The translations under genes and the position numbers were made by a program. Below are positions 17,850 to 28,586 of a stretch of DNA of 51,563 nucleotides, one piece after another (positions within the stretch are counted from its first letter, which is position 1; each line of letters opens with the position of its first letter). The stretch covers positions 1-51,563 of the forward strand of contig CANJQY010000003.1 of assembly GCA_947476525.1 (NCBI GenBank), read 5' to 3'. The notes below the pieces were generated by a model. It searched no databases. It was not told where the DNA came from and worked only from the letters and a program-made list of their open reading frames with translations. This stretch comes from Oligoflexales bacterium (GTDB taxonomy: Bacteria; Bdellovibrionota_B; Oligoflexia; Oligoflexales; RGVZ01).

Positions 17850-18022
17850 GGTTCTGTCGCTAAAAAAGTGAATTGACGAAACCGCCCGTTATGGCGATTA
17901 AGGGCTAGACTGCGAGTGAATAGAATTGTTGGGCCGGCGTCTGATGCCTGCCGTTCGTTTTTCGCATTTGTCCCTTTCGAATCATGTGCATGAGCTCAAT
18001 TCCAGCAATCGTGGCCGCGGCT
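17850..18022 (-). mobile_element. IS6-family remnant (terminal inverted repeat plus transposase C-terminus)
   Basis: GGTTCTGTCGC terminus at 17850. AATIAGIELMHMIRKGQM...TPAQQFYSLA* is the typical IS6 transposase tail. Confidence 0.85.
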
Positions 18023-18068
18023 GCTAACACTAGGTTGTCTTCTAAATAGGGCCCTCTTCGGCAAAAGG

Positions 18069-18105
18069 AAAAAATCCCCCAGAAAGAAATAATTTCTGGG
18101 GGATT
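18069..18105 (-). terminator. Rho-independent terminator
   Basis: 13-bp perfect stem AATCCCCCAGAAA/TTTCTGGGGGATT with a T-run on the minus strand, just after the 18141 stop. Confidence 0.8.
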
Positions 18106-18140
18106 GTTTTGATTTAAACAAGCCAAGCTTCTAAATGAAC

Positions 18141-18839
18141 TTAGATGCCAGTGGTGCTAACGTCTGCTGAATCACCGCGGAATTGGTAGACCGTGTTGGT
18201 TTCATTAGACTGGATGACGGTAGACACTTTAAATTTCGCGCGAAGTGCGAGAGACGAAACTGGATTTAACGTGGTACCAACGTTTAATGCAGAGACGCTC
18301 GTGACCTTGTAGTCAACCGTGTAGCCCCACAAGACGCTTAGATTGCTTGGGATAACCGATACGGTTTCTAGGTACCGTCCTTTGCCTTCATACTGTCCAC
18401 CGAATTGATGAACCGTAGTCAAGGTGACATCGTAAACCGTCATTCCATATGGATTTGTTCCCCAAAGGCGCACGCTGGTGCTCTGAATGTCCGAAAAATT
18501 CGAGAGCTCTGCACTTGAGGTCAAACCTTTTGGTAATGCGTTTGCAAAATCAAACTGGACGTTTGTGACGGGTTGGTTGGCCTTTACAATGTCCCATATT
18601 TTTTTACCCATGTTGATGATTTGATCAAGCACGACATTGGCCTCTGCGAGGTCTGCAGATGACTCACTAAAGCCAGAGACCAGTTCTGGGTTTAAGTTGA
18701 TGCGGTCAATGGTAGCGAATGCGTGGTCTGGAGTTTCTACGATGGCGGAGTGCATGGTGATGGTATCGTTGGCTGACGCTGCGAAAGAATTGCCGGAAAT
18801 TGTAATAAAAACTAAAGAAACTAGAGACTTAAATTTCAT
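18141..18839 (-). CDS. Secreted hypothetical protein
   Basis: Signal peptide MKFKSLVSLVFITISGNSFA, followed by a terminator. Confidence 0.8.
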   Translation of the reverse strand: MKFKSLVSLVFITISGNSFAASANDTITMHSAIVETPDHAFATIDRINLNPELVSGFSESSADLAEANVVLDQIINMGKKIWDIVKANQPVTNVQFDFANALPKGLTSSAELSNFSDIQSTSVRLWGTNPYGMTVYDVTLTTVHQFGGQYEGKGRYLETVSVIPSNLSVLWGYTVDYKVTSVSALNVGTTLNPVSSLALRAKFKVSTVIQSNETNTVYQFRGDSADVSTTGI

Positions 18840-19098
18840 AAAACCCCCAAAAAAATTGTTAAGCACATTTATTATGAGGTATGTATAACATCTGAAAGTA
18901 TATTTCAATGATTATTTATTTATTCTTAATATTTTTACTATCTTATTAAATGATTTACATAATATTAATAAACTATGCGTAAATTGCTGAAAATACTTCT
19001 AATTGTTCTAAAAACGCTCTACTCTCATTCTTGGAATAAATTGACAGCGATAGCCCCCAGTTTCAAAAAATAAGTGACCGAGGGCGGTCTTTCACCAA

Positions 19099-20139
19099 TT
19101 GAAAGTGGCGGTTTTGAAACTTCTGATCATCCAGTTCAGGCAACTTGGCGATATTCTGCTGACCACCCCCGTGCTTTCGGCAATAATGGCGGAGAATCCG
19201 AATTCAGTTGTAGATATCGTCACCTACCCAATGGGACGCCTCATCCTTACCGGTAACCCCGAAGTTCATCGGCACTGGGTGGCTCCGCAAACAGGACTAC
19301 TAGCTAGTGTCGCGTTTGTTTTCGAGATTCGCAGGCAGCGTTACGACGTGGTCCTTGATTTTATGGGGACGCCTCGAAGTGCCCTATTGGCCCGCCTGAT
19401 CAATGCTGGAAGAAGAATCGCCTTTGCCAGTAAACGGTCTGGTTTTTTCTCGGATGTCGTGCCCCGCGGTGCGGCCCCTGATTACATTGTCAGAGAGAAG
19501 TTTCAATTGTTGGTCCCACTTGGGATCAGGCCTGGTAGCGAGCACCTAACCCTCCCCTGGACTTCTGGTGATGCCGAAGTCGCAAAGAAATTTTTGGGAG
19601 ACAATCCAGCCATCAACCTCAGCCGCCGCCGCGTCATGCTCAGTCCGACCCACCGTCGAACGGAGCGAAAATGGCCAAAAGCTAGTTGGGTTGAGCTCGC
19701 AAACTGGCTTGTCACCGAGCAAAAGGCGGCAGTGGTCTGGGTTTGGGGACCTGGCGAAGAAGCCGAAATTGACGAACTTAATCAACTGACCGCACAATTG
19801 GGGACCAAAACGCCCAAGGCTTCATTTAAAGAGCTTGCGGCATTGGTGGCCTCGTCAGACCTTTTCATCGCCAACAGTAACGGCCCAAGCCACATTGCGG
19901 TGGCCGTAAACACACCTTCCATCCAGATCCACGGGCCGACGAGTGCCGTGTGCTGGTGCCCCCTATCTGCTCGTCACAGGGGCCTACAAGGCGAGACCAT
20001 GGCCGGTATATCCGTATCGGAGGTCAAGCGTGTGGTCAGCAACATGTGGCCTTTAGTCGACGCAGGAGCCGATGGCCTAAGAAATCATGGCTTGATTACG
20101 AGTGAGCGCGAGGCCCTAGTGGTTCGCCCAGATTTGTAA
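19099..20139 (+). CDS. Glycosyltransferase family 9 (LPS heptosyltransferase-like)
   Basis: LIIQFRQLGDILLTTP, KWP, DLFIANSNGPSHIAVAV.TP...HGPT. Confidence 0.92.
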   Translation: MKVAVLKLLIIQFRQLGDILLTTPVLSAIMAENPNSVVDIVTYPMGRLILTGNPEVHRHWVAPQTGLLASVAFVFEIRRQRYDVVLDFMGTPRSALLARLINAGRRIAFASKRSGFFSDVVPRGAAPDYIVREKFQLLVPLGIRPGSEHLTLPWTSGDAEVAKKFLGDNPAINLSRRRVMLSPTHRRTERKWPKASWVELANWLVTEQKAAVVWVWGPGEEAEIDELNQLTAQLGTKTPKASFKELAALVASSDLFIANSNGPSHIAVAVNTPSIQIHGPTSAVCWCPLSARHRGLQGETMAGISVSEVKRVVSNMWPLVDAGADGLRNHGLITSEREALVVRPDL

Positions 20140-21451
20140 AAATAGATTCGGTCCTGCGATTGGATTCACGCAGTTGACTGGAAGAAAGGCCCAAGTGGGC
20201 TGTCGCAAAATTTTCTTCACTGCGTAGGTCGATGTCAAAAATTCCGGGATCATCGGTTGCAATCACAAAATTTAAATCATTGTCCGCAAACCGTTTCAAC
20301 GGATGGTGAGACTCTGAGGTCAAGCCACCAATTCTCATGTTGGAGGTGGGGCAAGATTCTACGATCGGTCCCAAGGCTTGAACCATCGACATGGCGGCAT
20401 TTTGAAAGAGTGTTGTTTGTTCAACGAGGTCTCGGTCATAAAACCAGTGGGTTTGACCTTCCTTAATTGACAATTCCGCCCGTCGCGCAAACCACCCGTA
20501 GTCGCCAGAGGTAAAGCCAAAATCGTGTAGGGTCCCCCTAAACTGCCGCAGCCAGCGAAACGTATCCTCAGTTTCAGAAGGGGACTCCTTGATCACTTGC
20601 CCGAAAAGCGAGTTGCAGTTCAGGCCGAGGGCTAATGCGTGTCCAAGGCGGTTAGCTCCGATTTGGGCGGCCTCGACACACCAACGTGCGGCTGAATGGA
20701 TGGCGATATCCTGCCACATTTCTCCAACATGATATAGGATACCGAGGTGGTGCGTGCGTCTGAGGTTGTCGTTTCTTACTTGTTGAAAAAGAGTTTTTTT
20801 TGCTGACGGGAAATGAGTGTGTTCGCTCGCACAAAAATCGATGCCAGTAATCCACTTGGCAAGGTCAGGGTGCGTGTCTAAAAAATGAGTTAAAAACTGA
20901 TACGAATCGAGGGCTGCAGTGTCTTGACGCGGCAACGAAATGGCCAGCCTTGGATGATACGAGGCCGAATCATAGGAGCAAGCTGCCTCTGTCAATTGAC
21001 GAAGGTATTTGATTCGGTCTTCTAAGGAGAGGGCCATAGGCAAGAAGGCTCGATATTCTTTGTAGCCGCCTTCTTTTGCATGCTGCTCGAAAACGGCAGT
21101 GGCTAGGTCTAGATCATCAGGAATCGCCGGGAACAGGGCGATCAATAAATTAAATTTCGCCTGAAAAATTTCAAAGGGAGCGGGCGAGGTGAATAGAACA
21201 TCTTTTTTGAAGGTTTCAAAACTACCTCCCTTTCCCCACCAGTTTTCTGGATCTAGGGTCACACCTGTAGATTTTTTAAATTCTGCAAGAAACCACTGGA
21301 AACGAGTGGGGTGCTGTTTTCTCCGCTCGTCTCCGAGCCGAAACAAGGCTTCTTTTGGCAGGCAACCATATAAATGAAGGTGGCACTCGCTTTGAAGTTC
21401 GCCAAGATGTTGGCTTTGCAGCATAGGGTGTTCACTTTGCAGATCATTCAT
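20096..21451 (-). CDS. Adenosine deaminase-like amidohydrolase
   Basis: ECHLHLYG, GIDF..SE, YHVGE, RLGHAL, ESCPTSN, IATDDPGIF. Confidence 0.88.
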   Translation of the reverse strand: MNDLQSEHPMLQSQHLGELQSECHLHLYGCLPKEALFRLGDERRKQHPTRFQWFLAEFKKSTGVTLDPENWWGKGGSFETFKKDVLFTSPAPFEIFQAKFNLLIALFPAIPDDLDLATAVFEQHAKEGGYKEYRAFLPMALSLEDRIKYLRQLTEAACSYDSASYHPRLAISLPRQDTAALDSYQFLTHFLDTHPDLAKWITGIDFCASEHTHFPSAKKTLFQQVRNDNLRRTHHLGILYHVGEMWQDIAIHSAARWCVEAAQIGANRLGHALALGLNCNSLFGQVIKESPSETEDTFRWLRQFRGTLHDFGFTSGDYGWFARRAELSIKEGQTHWFYDRDLVEQTTLFQNAAMSMVQALGPIVESCPTSNMRIGGLTSESHHPLKRFADNDLNFVIATDDPGIFDIDLRSEENFATAHLGLSSSQLRESNRRTESIFTNLGEPLGPRAHS

Positions 21452-23006
21452 GGGGACCTGCAACCGGCGCGGTGGTGGGGCGTTGCACGCCGTACCTAAT
21501 TTCCTTTGAAAATAAGACGGCGACCTCAGCCGATTCATAGCGAATGAGCACCGACTCTGCTCGGTCCACCTGCCAAAGTCCTGCGGCGGCACCTTTTCGT
21601 TTTTTTATTTGATGGCGCCTTGCGACGTAGACTTCCCCTTCACGGGAGTTTGAGCGGTCTGAAAAATGCAGGGCCAAGACGCCCGCTGCGCGTAGAAGGG
21701 CTGCTGGCAGACCGTCTTTAAACCCATTGCCTGCAACGATGACGTGACTACCGTGCCCACCCCCGGCGACGTGAAGCCACCAGTCTTGAGACTTTGAGGC
21801 CTTAACTACTTTGTCACTTTCCTCTGCATTTCGTCCGACCACGATATAGGATCCGGCTGAAACTTGAAAACAGCGGCCGACCGCGGCCTTAAGATGCTTT
21901 ACCGCGTGCGGTGTAGTGTTTTTCGCGGTTTTTTTCGCGGTTTTTTTCGCGGTTTCTTTCGCGGTTTCTTCGGCGGGCTTTCTCTCAAGGCGAAGCTCGC
22001 GAAGAATATTTAAGACGTCTAATTCTGATAATTTGGTAACAGAATTCCGCAATTGTTCAAGGACCGCCTCAAAGTGCCCAATGTCAGAGGTTAAGGCATC
22101 TACTCGCGGCCTTCCAACACTTATACTGCGTTCTAGTTTTTTAATTTTTACGAAGGCCGCCTCTAAATTGGCACCCGCCGAGAGTTCAGAGTCAAGCTTG
22201 ATCGTTCTCGGTTCTTCCCCTGTTTGCGTGCTGTCAAGGTCGAGAGCGAAGGCTTCAGGTTTAACCAGCCAAATGAAATTTCGCAGTAATTCGGCGTCTT
22301 TTTTGGCGTTGAGTAACATGGCCGCAGCCGGAATCTTTCCCAGGTCTTGAGCCAAGGTCTTCCTTAGTGTTTTAAGTCGCCTTGAAACTCGGTCGCGAGC
22401 TGCCCTTTGGTATGGTGGAATAGGGGAGTTTTGGTTGTCGCAGGGGGAGGTGCCTAGTGTGGGTTCCTTGGATTTTTTCTGGTCCATTGAAAACGTGTGA
22501 TGAGCCCACGCATTAAAACCGGTGACTTCCAAATCCTCTGCCTCGACATGCTCCAAAATGGCTTTTTTTGGTACCGTGTATCGCGCCTTTTCCCGAAAGC
22601 GGGCGATGCTAGTCTTGTCAACAATAACAGTAATTTCTCGGTCTGGCTTGGTTGAGAGTACGAGGTAGATGGCCGAATCTTGACCAGACGAAGTTTTTCC
22701 GTGGCAGGACAGGCGAAGAAATTCATGCTTCGCCCCGTGGCTACTTTGCTGATTAGAGCTTATTGGTTCACTCAAGGCGATGCTGGTTAGGGAACCGGCG
22801 GTCAGGTGCTTTCGAATGAGGGTGGCTATTCCACCAGCAGTTAGCGTTAGCGCAGGTTTTTCGTCTGTAAAAACCACTGGTCCCTCGGGATTTGTGGGTG
22901 ACAGTTCAAGGAAACCCTTGCGACGCGTAAGGCCGTCGTGGGTGGAGCATTGGAAGATTAGGGATCCATGGTCAGACTGCCAGCATTTACCGAGGGTGAT
23001 TTTCAT
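21444..23006 (-). CDS. NFACT/RqcH (FbpA, DUF814) family protein
   Basis: I.LD.ELSAGANLE..F.K.KK; C-terminal NFACT-R with VGRNAEESD...DWWLHV....GSHVIV...AA.LA..FS. Confidence 0.85.
   Translation of the reverse strand: MKITLGKCWQSDHGSLIFQCSTHDGLTRRKGFLELSPTNPEGPVVFTDEKPALTLTAGGIATLIRKHLTAGSLTSIALSEPISSNQQSSHGAKHEFLRLSCHGKTSSGQDSAIYLVLSTKPDREITVIVDKTSIARFREKARYTVPKKAILEHVEAEDLEVTGFNAWAHHTFSMDQKKSKEPTLGTSPCDNQNSPIPPYQRAARDRVSRRLKTLRKTLAQDLGKIPAAAMLLNAKKDAELLRNFIWLVKPEAFALDLDSTQTGEEPRTIKLDSELSAGANLEAAFVKIKKLERSISVGRPRVDALTSDIGHFEAVLEQLRNSVTKLSELDVLNILRELRLERKPAEETAKETAKKTAKKTAKNTTPHAVKHLKAAVGRCFQVSAGSYIVVGRNAEESDKVVKASKSQDWWLHVAGGGHGSHVIVAGNGFKDGLPAALLRAAGVLALHFSDRSNSREGEVYVARRHQIKKRKGAAAGLWQVDRAESVLIRYESAEVAVLFSKEIRYGVQRPTTAPVAGPHE
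21921..21968 (-). repeat. 12-nt coding tandem repeat x4 (K[K/E]TA)
   Basis: TTTCGCGGTTT[T/C] x4 on the plus strand. Confidence 0.9.
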
Positions 23007-26000
23007 TCACTCGTATCGTCCCGTCATGCCAAGGGTTTGGACCAGTCGAATTAAGTTGTTTGTAAGTTCTACGTCGTAGCCGGCGTTGAGAGAGACTTTG
23101 TAGGCGTCGAATTCTAGCTCAAGTTTCAATTTGGCTTGGCCTTGATCCTTAGAGGCGAGTTCGGCGACTTGTGAAAGTTTTGCAATGGACTGCTGCACGA
23201 CTTCGGCGCCACATATCTTGGCGGGTGAATTTAGTTTTTCCCTAAGATCAAAATTTACGGTGAAAGATTTTACGGACTGTTGCCGCACCTCTTCCAAAGT
23301 CATGATGCGCTCTATTTTCATTCTTAACAAGCTGCCATCTGGCAGTTTTTTGATGGAGGCTTGAACCCACACAGGAGTTCCAACGACCGGGAACGCTAGG
23401 GGGATATCCTTTTCAAACATCATCCCTTCGACAGTACCGGAAGGATCATCTAGAGCGACGAAGGCTCTAGGGCGTTGATCTTTTTTTCCGATACCGATAT
23501 TCGCCCCTTGAAATATTGCGACGATCTGAATTTTGTCGCGTCCGGAAACGGTCGCAAATTTATGGGCGCCCGCAAGAGTTGTTTTGCTAAAACGTTTGGC
23601 GTCTGCTTTATAGAAATCCATGGGGTGACCGGTGAGGTATAGGCCGATTAATTTGCGTTCTTCGTCGAGGTCTTCAAGAGTGAAGGGATGTTTTTTGCTA
23701 GGGTCTCCGAGCCAGTCCGGGTGTGCGTCTTGACTGGTCGACAGGTTTTGCGAGTCTTGTTCTTCGCCAAAATCGAAGACTGATTTTTGGCCGCTTTTGT
23801 TGGCGTGGAAATGGGTTTCGCTGTACTTAACTAAAGTTCCGACTATCGACATCATATGATCGCGCGTCATGCCAAATTGGTCCATGGCTCCGGTTTTGAT
23901 GAGTAATTCCATGGTTTTTTTGCCGACTTTACCGTGGAGGTTTACGCGCCGCGCCATGTCAAACAAATTTAAGAAGGCTCCATTTTTTTTTCGTTCGCAG
24001 ACCAGAGATTCAACCGAGGATGCGCCAATACCTTTGATAGCGGCCAGTCCCCAGCGAACAGTGTTTTTAGTTGGGGACGAAAACTCGAGAAAGCTTTCGT
24101 TGATGTTTGGCGGCAGAACCACCATTTTCATACGTTTACAGTCGACCGCGTAGCTGATGACTTTGTCTGTTTTGTCCATGTCGACGGTCATGGCGGCCGC
24201 CATAAACAATTCAGGAAATTTATTCTTAAGAAATGCTGTTTGGTAGGCGATCAAGCCGTAGGCTGCGGAGTGTGATTTGTTGAACCCGTATTCAGCAAAT
24301 TTTGCCATCAAATCAAAAATCTGCTCAGACTTTTCAACGTCTAGTTGGTTTTCGGCAGCCCCTTTTAGGAAACGATTTTTTTGTTGATCCATTTCGGATT
24401 TGATTTTTTTGCCCATCGCACGGCGCAGCATGTCGGCCTCGCCAGGGGTGTAGTTGGCGAGAATCACGGCAGTCTTCTGTACCTGTTCTTGGTAGAGAAT
24501 AACCCCGTAAGTTTCCTTTAGGATCTCTTCAAGCTGCGGCAGTGGATAAACGATTTGTTGCCGTCCATGTTTTCGTTCGACAAAGTCGTCAACCATTCCC
24601 GAGCCAAGCGGGCCGGGACGAAAAAGAGCTACAAGGGCGATAACGTCCTCAAAGCAGCTTGGCTTTAATTTTGCGACAAGTTTTTTCATGCCGTCGCCTT
24701 CAAGCTGGAATACGCCTGTGGTATTAGCTTCCGAGATTTCTTTATAGACTTCTTTGTCTTCCAATTCGATGGCCGAGAGGTCAAATTCAGGGTCTACGGT
24801 CGCCCTGATTAGTTTTACGGCGCAGTCGAGGGTGGTCAAGGTTTTTAGTCCAAGAAAGTCGAACTTAACGAGTCCGATTTTCTCCGCATTTTTCATTTCA
24901 AATTGGGTAATCAAGCCACCATCTTCGGTGGCAAAAACAGGAAGGTAATCGTCCATGGGACCATCCGACATCACGATGCCGGCAGGGTGAATACCAGTTT
25001 GGCGATTGAGGCCTTCTAGTTTTGCGGTGATATTCAAGATTTCTTTGATGGCGGAGTCTTTTTCCGCCTCTTCCACAAGTCGAGGCTCTGCCTTCATTGC
25101 AAGGGGAATGGTGGCTTCGACCTCTTCATTATTTTCGTTAAGAACTTTATTAGGAATTAGTTTTGCAATTTTATCGGCGCGGCCATAGGATATTTCCATG
25201 ACTCGAGCCACGTCACGCACTGCAAGCTTTGCCTTCATTTTTCCGAACGTTGCAATTTGTGCGACTTGGTTGCGTCCGTATTTTTGATTGACGTATTCTA
25301 TGACTTCGCCGCGCCGGAATTGGCAAAAATCCACGTCAAAATCTGGCATGCTAATACGTTCTGGATTCAGGAAGCGTTCAAATAGGAGGTTGAATCGCAG
25401 TGGGTCAAGGTCGGTTATTTTGAGTGCATACGCCACCAGCGAGCCAGCTCCGGAGCCTCGGCCTGGGCCTACGGGAATGCCTTGGTTTTTCGCCCAGTTT
25501 ATAAAATCTTGAACAATCAGAAAGTAGCCTGGAAATTTCATTGATTGGATCACTGAAATTTCATATTTGAGACGTGCTCGGTAGATGTTCTTTCGTTCCT
25601 CGTTGAACGATTCCCCATAAATTTTTGAAAGATATATGAGACGTTCCTCAAGCATTTTTTCGGACAGTTCAGAAAGGTAACCAGCCTCGTCAACGCCCTC
25701 AGGTAGGGGAAATTTTGGCAGGAAATATTTTCCAAAGGTGAACGATACGTTGCATTCGTCAGCAATTTTCAAAGTATTGGCGATAGCGTTTGGGTATTTT
25801 TTGTAGGTGGCAATAAACTCTATGTTGTCCAGCAAGTGAAACCTAGCGTGACGATTACGTCCACGTAGTTGTTTAAACGTTAAGCCTGCTTTGATTGCAA
25901 CAAAGACGTTTTGCGCCATGGCAAACGACGGGTCTAGGTAATGAGCGTCGGCTGAAGCGACTGTTGGTAATAAAAAATAGGAGGCAAGTTCGTTGAGGTC

Positions 26001-26693
26001 TGCCATCAATTTTGGCTGGCCTTCGAGTCGATTATCGATCAGCTCGACATAGTAATTTCCGTCGCCAACATAGGCGTGAACCGAATCGATATGTTCTTTT
26101 ATAGCAGCGACAATGCGTTGTTCGCTTGGATTTTTAGAGTCAAATGTGAGGGCACCTTCTGGCTGTATATGCCGAAGTAAACCGACCAAAAAAGATAATT
26201 CGCTGAGGGAATCTCCCGACATGGCAATCATGTCACCAGACCACTGTTCAAGTTTGGCCGTTCGGACGATGGGAACATCTTTTAGTCCATCTATGTAACC
26301 GGAACTGACGATTTTACATAAATTTTTGTAGCCGCGAAGATTTTTGCACAAAAGGACTAAGTGGAAGGCTCCCACTTCGGGATAGACTTTATTGGCTGAC
26401 GCAGCGATGCTCAGGGTTATGGGGTGGCCTTCAAAATAAATTTCGCTGCCGATGATCGCCTTGATGCCCTCAGCTTTAGCGTAATTATAAAATTCCATCG
26501 CCCCAAACAGATTGCCGGAGTCGGTGATAGCGACCGCTTTATGGCCCCATTTTTTGGCCGTTTTAACTAAATCCTTGGTACGAATTGTGCCATCGATGAG
26601 CGAGTACTCGGAGTGGACGTGTAAATGCACGAAACCTGCCTCGCTAGGCTGAGGCGGCAAGTCTGGCGCAGATTTTGTGGAGACGTCAGTCAT
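23007..26693 (-). CDS. dnaE: DNA polymerase III alpha subunit
   Basis: FVHLHVHSEYSLIDG PHP domain, GPGRGSGAGSLVAY, ERISMPDFDVDF, KFDFLGL, YGFNKSHSAAY. Confidence 0.98.
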   Translation of the reverse strand: MTDVSTKSAPDLPPQPSEAGFVHLHVHSEYSLIDGTIRTKDLVKTAKKWGHKAVAITDSGNLFGAMEFYNYAKAEGIKAIIGSEIYFEGHPITLSIAASANKVYPEVGAFHLVLLCKNLRGYKNLCKIVSSGYIDGLKDVPIVRTAKLEQWSGDMIAMSGDSLSELSFLVGLLRHIQPEGALTFDSKNPSEQRIVAAIKEHIDSVHAYVGDGNYYVELIDNRLEGQPKLMADLNELASYFLLPTVASADAHYLDPSFAMAQNVFVAIKAGLTFKQLRGRNRHARFHLLDNIEFIATYKKYPNAIANTLKIADECNVSFTFGKYFLPKFPLPEGVDEAGYLSELSEKMLEERLIYLSKIYGESFNEERKNIYRARLKYEISVIQSMKFPGYFLIVQDFINWAKNQGIPVGPGRGSGAGSLVAYALKITDLDPLRFNLLFERFLNPERISMPDFDVDFCQFRRGEVIEYVNQKYGRNQVAQIATFGKMKAKLAVRDVARVMEISYGRADKIAKLIPNKVLNENNEEVEATIPLAMKAEPRLVEEAEKDSAIKEILNITAKLEGLNRQTGIHPAGIVMSDGPMDDYLPVFATEDGGLITQFEMKNAEKIGLVKFDFLGLKTLTTLDCAVKLIRATVDPEFDLSAIELEDKEVYKEISEANTTGVFQLEGDGMKKLVAKLKPSCFEDVIALVALFRPGPLGSGMVDDFVERKHGRQQIVYPLPQLEEILKETYGVILYQEQVQKTAVILANYTPGEADMLRRAMGKKIKSEMDQQKNRFLKGAAENQLDVEKSEQIFDLMAKFAEYGFNKSHSAAYGLIAYQTAFLKNKFPELFMAAAMTVDMDKTDKVISYAVDCKRMKMVVLPPNINESFLEFSSPTKNTVRWGLAAIKGIGASSVESLVCERKKNGAFLNLFDMARRVNLHGKVGKKTMELLIKTGAMDQFGMTRDHMMSIVGTLVKYSETHFHANKSGQKSVFDFGEEQDSQNLSTSQDAHPDWLGDPSKKHPFTLEDLDEERKLIGLYLTGHPMDFYKADAKRFSKTTLAGAHKFATVSGRDKIQIVAIFQGANIGIGKKDQRPRAFVALDDPSGTVEGMMFEKDIPLAFPVVGTPVWVQASIKKLPDGSLLRMKIERIMTLEEVRQQSVKSFTVNFDLREKLNSPAKICGAEVVQQSIAKLSQVAELASKDQGQAKLKLELEFDAYKVSLNAGYDVELTNNLIRLVQTLGMTGRYE

Positions 26694-26948
26694 GGTGGCT
26701 AGGATCACTCCGAAAGGCCGCAGATTTTAATTTAACACGGCATTATTTCTTAAGTTTCGATCCTACCTTCCGCCTGGGCCTGGTATCAAGGCCCATCGAT
26801 TAGGAGGCAAGGATTTTATATGAAAGTCATGTCCTGCATACCTTTAACCGACATTTGTCTGGGTGCATGCCTATTTTATAATCAAACTTACGGCGACACC
26901 GGTGGTAATCAAACAAGTTTTAAAAAAAGTTCCGATTGACCCTGCAAT

Positions 26949-28526
26949 CTACTCCCACTCTATTGTCGCCGGTGGCTTGGTTGTAATGTCAAAGACCACG
27001 CGGTTTATTCCTGAGACACGGCGAATGATCCGGTCGGAAACCAGTGTTAGAAAGCTAAGGGGTAAATCGGCAACACCAGCGGTCATTCCGTCACTCGACG
27101 TAACCGCTCTGAGAGCGATGGTTTGTTGATAGGTTCGGTTGTCTCCCATGACGCCAACACTTTTGATGGGCAGGAGTACAGCAAATGCCTGCCATGGGAC
27201 ATGATAGAGCTGCTTCTCGTGTAGTGCCGAAATAAAAATATCGTCGGCTTCTTGAAGCATTTTGACGCGGTCAACGGTGACTTCGCCTAATATTCGTACG
27301 GCCAGTCCGGGCCCTGGAAACGGATGTCGTTGAATCAATTCTTCCGGCAAACCTAGTTGCAGGCCGACCGCGCGAACCTCATCTTTAAACAACCACCGAA
27401 ACGGCTCCACTAGTTTTAAGGCTAAGCGGTCAGGCAGACCTCCCACATTGTGATGGCTCTTGATGACTTTTGCACCGGCACCGTGACCGGCCGATTCGAT
27501 GACATCAGGATAGAGTGTGCCTTGGCCTAGATGCGTAAACTCCTTATGTTTTTTTGCATAAGTTTCAAACTCTTCAATAAAAAGACGGCCAATAATCTTG
27601 CGTTTTTGTTCGGGATCAGTCACACCTTTGAGCTCTCGGAAAAATAAATCTCCAGAGCTAAGTAGCTCCATGTGCTGAAGGCCTAACACCTTTAATTTTT
27701 CCGAAACCCATGGCACCTCATTCTTACGGAGAAGTCCGGTATCACAAAAAACAGCGGTAACTTTTTCCGGTCCAAGAGCCCTCATCAGGAGGGCTGCGGT
27801 AACGGTCGAGTCCACACCACCACTGCACGCGACTAGCACGTGGCCCGAGCCAACTGTTTCTTTAATGTGGTGGCACAGGGAGTCAACTCGTGCCTGGCCA
27901 TCCCAGTCTAGCGTCATTCCACAAAGATTTTTTGCAAAGCGGCGCAGTAAATCAGCTCCCTTTTCGCTATGGGCGACCTCAGGATGGTACTGCAAAGCAG
28001 CAATGGGCAAATGGACGTGGACAAGGGCGGCCAGGACGTGCCCGTCCGTTTCGGCAGCAATCTGATAGCCTTGTGGGATCGTCCCAATATCATCGCCGTG
28101 ACTCATCCAAACGGTTTGAGTGGTAGAGCCCTCCTCAAACAACACCGAAGCCGGCCCCGTGGTCGGTACGACGTTCATGGTGGCCCTACCATACTCTCGT
28201 TTTGTGGCTGCGCGAACTTTGCCGCCAGCCCTTTCGACCAGTAGTTGCATTCCGTAACAAATTCCCAATACAGGAACGTTTAGCTTCATTGCCCACTCCG
28301 GTAAACTACGGCTTCCCTCTTCGTAGACCGAGTCGGGACCACCCGATAGGATGATCCCTCTAACCGTTAGTCCAACTGGTGGCGCCGTGACGCGGCCATC
28401 AATGACCTCGCTGTAGGCACCAACTTCACGCAAGCGCCGAGCGATTAATAAGGTATATTGCGAACCAAAATCAAGAACTAAAATCCCCTGATTTTGCGGC
28501 CGATTTGAAAGTATTTTTTCAGGCAT
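26949..28526 (-). CDS. guaA: GMP synthase (glutamine-hydrolysing)
   Basis: LDFGSQYT, GICYGMQ, QYHPEV, SGGVDS, IKSHHNVGG, KPPATIEWE. Confidence 0.99.
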   Translation of the reverse strand: MPEKILSNRPQNQGILVLDFGSQYTLLIARRLREVGAYSEVIDGRVTAPPVGLTVRGIILSGGPDSVYEEGSRSLPEWAMKLNVPVLGICYGMQLLVERAGGKVRAATKREYGRATMNVVPTTGPASVLFEEGSTTQTVWMSHGDDIGTIPQGYQIAAETDGHVLAALVHVHLPIAALQYHPEVAHSEKGADLLRRFAKNLCGMTLDWDGQARVDSLCHHIKETVGSGHVLVACSGGVDSTVTAALLMRALGPEKVTAVFCDTGLLRKNEVPWVSEKLKVLGLQHMELLSSGDLFFRELKGVTDPEQKRKIIGRLFIEEFETYAKKHKEFTHLGQGTLYPDVIESAGHGAGAKVIKSHHNVGGLPDRLALKLVEPFRWLFKDEVRAVGLQLGLPEELIQRHPFPGPGLAVRILGEVTVDRVKMLQEADDIFISALHEKQLYHVPWQAFAVLLPIKSVGVMGDNRTYQQTIALRAVTSSDGMTAGVADLPLSFLTLVSDRIIRRVSGINRVVFDITTKPPATIEWE

Positions 28527-28586
28527 AAAGATTCCTAGTGGAGAGGTTCACGGAGGGATCACAACAACACAAAAGTGCGCCGATTT

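Noticed and set aside
17905-18126. 73-aa ORF as an intact gene
   Set aside because: It is a chimera of a terminator read-through and an IS6 transposase tail.
23007-26693. Intein in dnaE
   Set aside because: Length and motif spacing are normal, with no C...HN splice motifs.
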